Of a stretch of DNA of 64,000 nucleotides, positions 54,526-61,094 are shown in pieces; position 1 is the stretch's first letter; each line of letters opens with the position of its first letter. A program made the translations under genes and the position numbers. Source of the DNA: a virus (lineage: Duplodnaviria > Caudoviricetes); the IMG/VR virus record IMGVR_UViG_2599185236_000001, positions 10,466 to 74,465 of that record. One strand, given 5' to 3'. The notes beneath the pieces are model-generated. The model saw nothing but the letters and a program-made list of their open reading frames with translations, was not told where the DNA came from and made no database searches.

Positions 54526-55857
54526 TTAGGCGGCCTTATCGATGAAGGTCTCGACGGCCTTCTTTGCCGACAGTAGATCAAGGCTGGCGAAGTCGCGCAG
54601 GGCCTTGACGGCGCCGATCTTGTTGCCGTTGGCGGCAAGGTTCTGCCACTCGTGGGCGTAGATCTGCCCTTCGCTGACGGTCTGCGTCAGGACGAAGACG
54701 CCGAACTTCTGGCCCTTATAGACCTGCGCCAGGCGGGTGGCCTCCTCGCTCGCCTCGCCTTCGCACGCATGGACGCGCGGGTAGCGTGAGGGCTTCGGCT
54801 GACCGTCTTCGATCAGGCAGACGATGGCGGGCGATGCCGGAGCATGGTCGAAGTAATCCGGGAAATATCCGCCGTTCATCTGGCCATTCGAGAGGTCGTC
54901 ATGGTTCCAGATGACATCGACGAAACTATCGAACATTCCCTTCGGCCCGACTGTTCCGGTAGCGCCGACCAGTGCAGATCCGTGGAACGACCTAGCCAGG
55001 AAGAGCCTATCACCGACCTTGAATCTCGGCTTGGCTGCCGACTCCGCGTTGTCGTTGCTGGCCCTGGCAGGCTGCTCGTCGACCCATTCGGCGACGAGGT
55101 CGTTTTTTCGGTCAGTACCGCCAGACGTGCCATCATCCTTGAACAGCCAGAGTTCGCGAAGCGACTTCCAGTCGCCGTTCGGCCATTCCGAGACCTTCGA
55201 AGGCCCGACCCTCCGACCGTCACGCGTCTTGTAGAACTTGCCGGCTTCGATGGTGAGGGTGGTGGACGCAGCAGTGACAAGGCGCCACTTGCCATGGTTG
55301 ACCGCGTAGAGCGGATATTCACAACCATGGTTGCTGCGGATCATTGACGCCGCGCTGACTTCATACGGCTTGCCGTCCGTGAAAAAGTCGCCACTCCAAT
55401 TCGTTGGCGTGACCACGTCACCCGGCACAGCCGAATTGATCGTCCATGCCGCCGCTTGAACTTCCGCCGCGACGGGTGCGGCCTCGGTGACGAGGAGAGG
55501 TTCGAGGTCTTTGACGTAAGCGGAAGGGTTGAACGTGATACCGCCTGAGTTCACATCGAGTTTGACATCAACCTCCTCCGGATTCCAATAGACCTTCGCG
55601 ACCGTAGCGGCCTCTCCCGCAGCACCATACCGAGCCCCACCCGCGGTGCTATCGCGAAGAAACCGCACTCGTTCGCCGACCTTCGGCCGCCAGGCTTCGA
55701 AGCGATGCTCGTACATTACCGCCGACTTTCCGGCGAGCCTTACCATGTTGCCGGCGTAGGTCTCCTCCACAAGGCCGGTCTCGCCATTTGCGTAGCGCGA
55801 TGGCGCTCCGGTGTTGTCGATAACCCGAACTCTATCGCCTACCTTAAACTTACCCAT
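54526..55857 (-). CDS. Mosaic hypothetical protein with repeated KOW/SH3-like modules
   Basis: KFKVGDRV, PKVGERV, RFKVGDRL repeats; C-terminal KIGAVKALR..LDLLSAKKAVE (L7/L12-CTD-like). The track's earlier start is not supported. Confidence 0.7.
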   Translation of the reverse strand: MGKFKVGDRVRVIDNTGAPSRYANGETGLVEETYAGNMVRLAGKSAVMYEHRFEAWRPKVGERVRFLRDSTAGGARYGAAGEAATVAKVYWNPEEVDVKLDVNSGGITFNPSAYVKDLEPLLVTEAAPVAAEVQAAAWTINSAVPGDVVTPTNWSGDFFTDGKPYEVSAASMIRSNHGCEYPLYAVNHGKWRLVTAASTTLTIEAGKFYKTRDGRRVGPSKVSEWPNGDWKSLRELWLFKDDGTSGGTDRKNDLVAEWVDEQPARASNDNAESAAKPRFKVGDRLFLARSFHGSALVGATGTVGPKGMFDSFVDVIWNHDDLSNGQMNGGYFPDYFDHAPASPAIVCLIEDGQPKPSRYPRVHACEGEASEEATRLAQVYKGQKFGVFVLTQTVSEGQIYAHEWQNLAANGNKIGAVKALRDFASLDLLSAKKAVETFIDKAA

Positions 55858-55859
55858 AA

Positions 55860-56150
55860 TCACGCCCTCCCCTGCGGCTTGGCGCCGCGCAAATAGTTTT
55901 CGAAATTGATGATGACGGCCGTAGGCGGCTCTTCCGCTTTTGCCGGCGGATCGGCGCGCTCGGCATGGCGGAGCGTGACAGCGAAGAAAGGCCGGACCTC
56001 GAGGCTGCCGGCGAGCTGGACGTTCACGTAGCGCCCGAAGTCGCTGTTGCTGACGACGATGCCGATGATATCGGTATTCAGCTTGGATTCGACCCAGTCG
56101 CCCTCGTCGAAGTAGGTGCAGTCGCACTGGTTGTCGTCGATGGTGCTCAT
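55860..56150 (-). CDS. Hypothetical protein (KOW-like)
   Basis: ATGA-coupled, 96 aa. Confidence 0.65.
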   Translation of the reverse strand: MSTIDDNQCDCTYFDEGDWVESKLNTDIIGIVVSNSDFGRYVNVQLAGSLEVRPFFAVTLRHAERADPPAKAEEPPTAVIINFENYLRGAKPQGRA

Positions 56151-56461
56151 GCCGCCACCGCCATTTCCGGCAGGCGATTGTCGTTCGCCGCAACGCGGGT
56201 CTCCAGGCAACGAAGGCGCGGGAGAGTGACTGGCATCATGCCCGAGGTCGTCGAGCAGCCGCCATTGTGGGCGGTCATGACCGTGATGCGGTCGGGATGC
56301 TCGGCCCGGGCCGGGCGGGCCGGTTTGCGGCCGTTGAATGCGTCGATGACGGTTTTCTTACCGCATCCGTAGAAGTCTGCGAGTGTCTGATAGCTTGCGC
56401 CGCTGCGCTTCATTTCACGAAGCACGTCAAGTGCCTCGGCCGTGATGGCTCTGGGTCTCAT
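56147..56461 (-). CDS. HTH DNA-binding protein ending in an ssrA-like tag
   Basis: GASYQTLADFYGCGKKTVIDA HTH; C-terminus AANDNRLPEMAVAA; GAGGAG SD. Confidence 0.75.
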   Translation of the reverse strand: MRPRAITAEALDVLREMKRSGASYQTLADFYGCGKKTVIDAFNGRKPARPARAEHPDRITVMTAHNGGCSTTSGMMPVTLPRLRCLETRVAANDNRLPEMAVAA

Positions 56462-56512
56462 TTAGTCTCCTCTTTATTCCCCGGTGGTGTCAGGGTGGCA
56501 TAGGGGTGATGG

Positions 56513-56602
56513 TTACATTGGGTGGGCGCAAGTGCGCTTTTCACCAAAGTTGACAATCAACAGACACGCATCTATCTCTAAGACGTGGCCATGTTCTCGC
56601 AT
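56513..56602 (-). CDS. Possible 29-aa peptide
   Basis: Strong GAGGAGAC SD before ATG; MREHGHVLEIDACLLIVNFGEKRTCAHPM. Confidence 0.4.
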   Translation of the reverse strand: MREHGHVLEIDACLLIVNFGEKRTCAHPM

Positions 56603-56734
56603 GGTCTCCTCTTAGACTGAGGGAGGGTGTGGTGCCTGTTGATCTCAGTCGAAACCGGGGCGTGCCAACGAGTGGTGTCGGGCTGAGCGCCCCGTTTTCA
56701 ATTTCAGCGGAGGCTCATAGAAAGAGGCTCCTAC

Positions 56735-56764
56735 AAAAAGAAAAAGCCCGCATGATGCGGGCTC
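56735..56764 (-). terminator. Rho-independent terminator in the leftward early transcript
   Basis: AGCCCGCA-TCA-TGCGGGCT followed by TTTTCTTTTT on the minus strand. Confidence 0.75.
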
Positions 56765-56862
56765 TGTGTTCACGGTGGCTGGCCTTCCGGAGGCACTCTT
56801 CTGCGACCTCCATGCTGCTCGACTGCTCTTCTGCCTGAAAATTCCTTAGTCAAATCTGCCTC

Positions 56863-57018
56863 CTATGCGCTTGGCCGCTCTTGTGGTTCTACCCGCTTGG
56901 GATCGGGCGCCATGTTGGCTCTTCTTGGTGGTCCGCGTTCCCGTGGACCTGCGTTTCTGAAATAGTTCTGGAGCTTCGCTCTTCTTCTTGCGGTAAAGTC
57001 GTTGGTGTTGTTCGCCAT
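56863..57018 (-). CDS. First gene of the leftward early operon, small basic protein (51 aa), no clear HTH
   Basis: AGGAG SD; MANNTNDFTARRRAKLQNYFRNAG... Confidence 0.5.
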   Translation of the reverse strand: MANNTNDFTARRRAKLQNYFRNAGPRERGPPRRANMAPDPKRVEPQERPSA

Positions 57019-57060
57019 GTTTTGTCTCCTAGAAGGCCCCCGCCATCTGGTGACAAACAA

Positions 57061-57110
57061 AACGTATGCGATACGCACACTGACGTCAATAAGAAAAGTT
57101 GCGGCACGCA
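57061..57110 (-). promoter_or_regulatory. Leftward sigma70-type promoter with two operators
   Basis: -35 TTGACG (57089-57084), 17-nt spacer, -10 TACGTT; operators TGCGATACGCA 57067-57077 and TGCGGCACGCA 57100-57110. Confidence 0.7.
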
Positions 57111-57155
57111 CCTTATTTTTATGATACGCATCGCACACCGTAAGGAGAAGAACCC

Positions 57156-57854
57156 GTGGACAAAGAAAAATTAAAAGAAATCAAGGCGGGCCGACTGCGC
57201 GATGCGCGGATCAACGCAGGCTTTAAGACGCTGCCGGACGCTGTGCGGCACTTCAAATGGAATGAAAACACGTACAAGCCGCACGAAACTGGATCGCGCG
57301 CCTTCGATGAAATCACCGCTGTATCGTACGCCCTGGCATTCAAGGTGCCGCTCGAGCGCTTGCTGGCGCTTGATGTACTTGAGCCGAAGATGCGCGACAG
57401 GTCTCCCGACTCGGATGACGCCATAGATCTGGCGCCTCAACCTCTCGCCATCCATGGCGAAGCGGCTGGAGGCCTTTGGCGCGAAGGCGTCGACACCCCG
57501 CTAGACGACAGCACGAACGTTCCTGCCAATCCCGACTACCCGGCGAGCATCCAGTATGCGCGCAAGGTTGTTGGCACGAGCGTGAGCCGGCGCATTCCAG
57601 ACGGCGAGTATGCCGTGATCCTTCATTACGATCGCTCGCCTGTCCAGCTAAGGCCCGGCCTCCTCGTCGATGTAGAGCGAGTTCGGGCTGGCCTGCGCGA
57701 ACATACAATCAAGGTTTATGCCGACGGCGAGCGACTCATGACGGATAGTGCTGAACTCGACGAACAGGTGGAGCTCGACATGGCACATACTGACGAGGAC
57801 ACAACGGTGCGAATCGTAGGCATCGTGGTCGGAAAGTACAGCCCGCTGATTTAG
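57156..57854 (+). CDS. CI-like repressor (XRE HTH plus S24-like C-terminal domain)
   Basis: RLRDARINAGF.TL.DAV.HF.WNENTY..HETG HTH; GTSV and TIK as candidate Ser/Lys autocleavage residues; AAGGAG SD. Confidence 0.88.
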   Translation: MDKEKLKEIKAGRLRDARINAGFKTLPDAVRHFKWNENTYKPHETGSRAFDEITAVSYALAFKVPLERLLALDVLEPKMRDRSPDSDDAIDLAPQPLAIHGEAAGGLWREGVDTPLDDSTNVPANPDYPASIQYARKVVGTSVSRRIPDGEYAVILHYDRSPVQLRPGLLVDVERVRAGLREHTIKVYADGERLMTDSAELDEQVELDMAHTDEDTTVRIVGIVVGKYSPLI

Positions 57855-57859
57855 AAAGT

Positions 57860-57910
57860 TGCGATACGCACCTTACTTTCGTTGACAGGGTGCGTATCGC
57901 ATCGTATGGT
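57860..57910 (+). promoter_or_regulatory. Rightward sigma70 promoter downstream of the repressor, with two operators
   Basis: TTGACA 57882-57887, 17-nt spacer, TATGGT 57905-57910; operators TGCGATACGCA 57860-57870 and TGCGTATCGCA 57891-57901. Confidence 0.8.
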
Positions 57911-57954
57911 TTCCTCACTCGCCGCACCACAGCGAGCTAAAAGAGGAGACCATC

Positions 57955-58284
57955 ATGAGACCCGCACTCAATATCGACTTCGACCACGACTACATTCCGA
58001 CCAACGCCGCCGGCTCCGCTGAGCCGATGCAGCGGCCCGATCACAAATCCAAGCGTCACCCTCGCCCGCGCCGGAATGAAAAGGTCGGCGGCGGGCATTT
58101 CGTTTTCCGGCGTGGCGGCCGCACCGGTCGCATCAAGACCGGTCACATTGTGCACGGCGCCCTTCCCTTCGAGCATCGCGACATCGACTCGGCCCGCACT
58201 GAGGCGGAACGCCTGCAGAAGCTGCACGGCGGCCGCTATGACGTGTTCTCGACTTCGGCCATCGTCAACGGAGAAGCGGCGTGA
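57955..58284 (+). CDS. Hypothetical protein
   Basis: AAGAGGAG SD; first gene after the rightward promoter. Confidence 0.75.
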   Translation: MRPALNIDFDHDYIPTNAAGSAEPMQRPDHKSKRHPRPRRNEKVGGGHFVFRRGGRTGRIKTGHIVHGALPFEHRDIDSARTEAERLQKLHGGRYDVFSTSAIVNGEAA

Positions 58285-58451
58285 GCGGCCCGCGCCGCAT
58301 TCACCTGACGCCAATCCATGAGCACATTGCAGAGACACAAAGCGCGCTCCAGCACGCAGTGTTCTTCGTCGTCCTCGTGATGCTGACCGCAGGCGTCGCC
58401 TATCAGGCATTCCACATCGATCGCCAGATGGCGGTCGAGGCTCGGGTTTAA
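58281..58451 (+). CDS. Small single-TM protein (56 aa)
   Basis: GTGA-coupled; AVFFVVLVMLTAGVAY helix. Confidence 0.55.
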   Translation: MSGPRRIHLTPIHEHIAETQSALQHAVFFVVLVMLTAGVAYQAFHIDRQMAVEARV

Positions 58452-58468
58452 CGAAAAAGGAGGCTGTT

Positions 58469-59128
58469 ATGGCCGATACTAATACAAATTACTTCGTGTA
58501 TGCCATAGGCATCGACGGTCAATACGGCGGTCTCGAACTTGCGATAAAGATCGGCGTAGCGAAAAACCCGCAACTGCGCCTTGATCAACTGCAGACCGGC
58601 GCGCCGGTTAACCTGATCCTTTTGAAGGCATGGCATTTCGATACCGAGGCACAGGCCAGAGGCTTTGAGAAATCGTGCCACAAACACTTCCGAGATCGAA
58701 ATATCAAGCTTGAGTGGTTCCTCGTGTCCTTGGAGGATATCGACGAGCACGTTGGCTTCTTTGACGCGGCTAACAGGTCACGAGACGAATTCGACGAAGT
58801 TGTTACGGCTCTCGGGAATCTAAAGGCGTCGGATGCAATGAGGGCAGCTGAGAGGCGAGCCGTCGATCGCAAAATTGAGAGGCAAGTCGAACGCATGAAA
58901 GCTCGCGCTTCAGTGGATGTGCCGCAACATGACTTCCTCAACACTAAAGAAGCTGCGGCCTATATTCGCAAATCCGTCAGTTGGCTCAATAAAAGCCGCA
59001 TGACCGGCACGGGACCAGCCTTCGTTCGAAACGGCGGAACTGTTCTGTACGTGAAAGTCGACCTCGACAGCTGGCTCTTCGGAAGCAAGCGTACAGCAAT
59101 CTACGACTTCAATAATCAGCCAGCCTGA
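58469..59128 (+). CDS. T5orf172/GIY-YIG-like domain fused to an HTH_17 (excisionase-like) domain
   Basis: YFVYAI...KIGVA.NP..RL..LQTG...E...HK.F...EWF, then FLNTKEAAAYI.KS.SWL.K.R..G.GP.F. Confidence 0.75.
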   Translation: MADTNTNYFVYAIGIDGQYGGLELAIKIGVAKNPQLRLDQLQTGAPVNLILLKAWHFDTEAQARGFEKSCHKHFRDRNIKLEWFLVSLEDIDEHVGFFDAANRSRDEFDEVVTALGNLKASDAMRAAERRAVDRKIERQVERMKARASVDVPQHDFLNTKEAAAYIRKSVSWLNKSRMTGTGPAFVRNGGTVLYVKVDLDSWLFGSKRTAIYDFNNQPA

Positions 59129-59203
59129 CCAACACGGCCTATGCCCGCCACCAACGGGCAGACCACCACCAACCACCACCACACCACAGAAGGAGACCAC
59201 ACC

Positions 59204-59467
59204 ATGCGCCAACAGGACGCCAGAAGACTTGCTGCCGATTTCCATGCGGACTTCGTGCCGACGCGCAGCCAAGACAACCTTGAGGTCATTGCGAACCTCA
59301 CCGCCGAGACGAATACACCGAAGGTGATGGCCGCAGTCGCAGGCTGGCACGAGCGCCGGCGCAATCGTCGCAGCATGGCCATCGCGACCGCGCTGCGCCA
59401 GGTCAGCGGAACCAAACCTCGGCCGGCAAATGACAACCGCCGGCCTCAGCGCCAGAGGGCGGCATGA
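59204..59467 (+). CDS. Hypothetical protein ending in an ssrA-like tag
   Basis: CACCACAGAAGGAGAC element before ATG; ends PANDNRRPQRQRAA. Confidence 0.7.
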   Translation: MRQQDARRLAADFHADFVPTRSQDNLEVIANLTAETNTPKVMAAVAGWHERRRNRRSMAIATALRQVSGTKPRPANDNRRPQRQRAA

Positions 59468-59847
59468 ACGATACCACGAACAAAGGGGCGGCTTCTGCCG
59501 CCCTCATCCCAGCGCAGCGAGGCACGCGCAGCATGAGCAAGATCCCTGCGAACGACAACACGCCCCTGGCGGATCCGTTGGGGCACCTGCCGATGTTCGC
59601 CACCGACCAACAGCTGGCCGTTGCGATCGTCGGCAGAACCAGGTCAGCGATGTGGGTGAAGACAGTCATTCCGCAGCTCGAGCGAAAAGGCTTCCCGCGG
59701 ATCGACCCTCTGCACGACGGCAGACCGGTCCCGCTGGTGAAGAAGTTCTATGATGGGTATTTTGGGATCACGGCAGGCTTCTCGGCCGCCGCTCCAGATG
59801 GAGAGGAAAGGTTAGGCGAATGGAAGAAATCACGGCGCCGGGCCTGA
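59464..59847 (+). CDS. Winged-helix protein, candidate recombination directionality factor
   Basis: Overlaps the integrase start; ATDQQLAVAIVG...LERKGFPRIDP motif. Confidence 0.6.
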   Translation: MNDTTNKGAASAALIPAQRGTRSMSKIPANDNTPLADPLGHLPMFATDQQLAVAIVGRTRSAMWVKTVIPQLERKGFPRIDPLHDGRPVPLVKKFYDGYFGITAGFSAAAPDGEERLGEWKKSRRRA

Positions 59848-61016
59848 AGTGGATCAAGCGGCGAGCCAGCAAGACGCCGGTATGGGTCGCTTCGGCCAAG
59901 GACTATGAGCCTCGGACAGTCAACCTTTCGCACTTGCGCGACGAGCCTGAGCAGCTTCTCGCCAAGTGCGCACTGTTGCAGGCTGAACTCAATGCATGGA
60001 AGGCTGGCTTGCGGGAGCGTGACCTGTCATTTGATGGAACGCTCAAGTCTCTGCTGCTGAAGTACCATACCGAGGAGGACAGCCCTTACTTCGCTCTTCG
60101 GCCCGGTTCTCAGTACCCATATGACTACTACCTGAATCGCCTCGTCTATGAGATCGGCGACCGGCACATCGACAAGATAACCGGCGTCGACCTGAAGCGC
60201 TGGCATGACGCATGGTCGGAGGGTGGCGAGAAGCTTGCCGCATCGAAGATGATGCGTGCCGTCCTCGACGCTGCTGTCTCCTACGGCATCATGTGCCGCA
60301 TCACGCCTTGCCTTGAACTGCGCGAGACACTGAAAGCCGCGAGCCGCAAGCTTCCACGGCCGCGCCGCCGTGAGAGCATCATCACTGCCGACCAGGTTAT
60401 TGCCCTTCGTGCCAATGCCCATGCCGACGGGCGCCCGTCGTGCGCCCTTGCCTACGCGCTCGTCTTCGAGACCACGCTCCGGCTTTGGGACGTGATTGGT
60501 CAGTGGGTTCCGCTTAACGCAAAGGGCATTAGCACGGTCGTCAGCGAACGGATGCAGAAGAAGTGGTTCGGCCTCAAGTGGGAAGACATCGACGAGGATC
60601 TCGTTCTCCGATACGTCCCATCCAAGACGTCGATGAAGACCGGCCTTGCCGTCACCTTCCCGCTCAGCCGAGCGCCAATGGTGATGGAGGAATTGGAGCA
60701 CTGGCCAGCCGAGAGCCGCGTCGGCCCGGTCATCCTGTTCGCAGGAACAGGTGAGCCCTACAGTGGCAATTGGTTTGAAGCGAAGTGGCGAATCGATCGC
60801 AAGGCCGCTGGCCTTTCGAGCAAGATCTGGGCTCGCGACCTCCGAGCCAGCGGGATCACCGAGGGCCGCGCCGCCGGCATCAGCACGGACGACGCCGCCA
60901 AGGTAGCCGGGCACGCCTCAACAAAAACAACTTCCGATGTGTATGACCGTGCAGCACTGGAAGCAGCGGAACGCTTTGCCGACGCGCGTTCGAACAAACG
61001 AAAAACAAGTTCGTAA
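59820..61016 (+). CDS. int: Tyrosine recombinase / phage integrase
   Basis: TTLRLWDV (Arg I), RDLRASG (variant HxxR box), AGH...TTSDVY (His/Tyr). Confidence 0.92.
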   Translation: MEEITAPGLKWIKRRASKTPVWVASAKDYEPRTVNLSHLRDEPEQLLAKCALLQAELNAWKAGLRERDLSFDGTLKSLLLKYHTEEDSPYFALRPGSQYPYDYYLNRLVYEIGDRHIDKITGVDLKRWHDAWSEGGEKLAASKMMRAVLDAAVSYGIMCRITPCLELRETLKAASRKLPRPRRRESIITADQVIALRANAHADGRPSCALAYALVFETTLRLWDVIGQWVPLNAKGISTVVSERMQKKWFGLKWEDIDEDLVLRYVPSKTSMKTGLAVTFPLSRAPMVMEELEHWPAESRVGPVILFAGTGEPYSGNWFEAKWRIDRKAAGLSSKIWARDLRASGITEGRAAGISTDDAAKVAGHASTKTTSDVYDRAALEAAERFADARSNKRKTSS

Positions 61017-61092
61017 CGCGCGCAGTAACGCGCCATAACGCTTGTCAACGAAAACAATCGGTTAGACCCGAGAATGCTTAACCGATTGTTAA
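61013..61092. other. Putative att site: arm-type direct repeats and core-type inverted repeat
   Basis: TAACGC at 61014, 61026, 61036; AACAATCGGTTA (61053-61064) and TAACCGATTGTT (61079-61090) around a 14-nt spacer. Confidence 0.6.
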
Positions 61093-61094
61093 TA

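Larger units (their letters stand above)
1..61092. mobile_element. Temperate siphovirus-like prophage (HK97-type head, cos packaging); left boundary unresolved, core about 7708-61092
   Basis: Complete ordered module set: integrase, repressor, replication, terminase, portal, protease, capsid, tail, lysis. An att-like inverted repeat follows the integrase. No matching att seen at the left, so 1-7700 may be phage morons or flanking DNA. Confidence 0.95.

Noticed and set aside
55858-56193. N-terminal extension making a 555-aa ORF at 54526-56193
   Set aside because: Overlaps the coupled 96-aa gene in another frame and looks like off-frame sequence. ATG 55857 with SD is the better start.
60027-60914. 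295-aa minus-strand ORF
   Set aside because: Antisense shadow of the integrase with no motifs; typical of GC-rich coding DNA.
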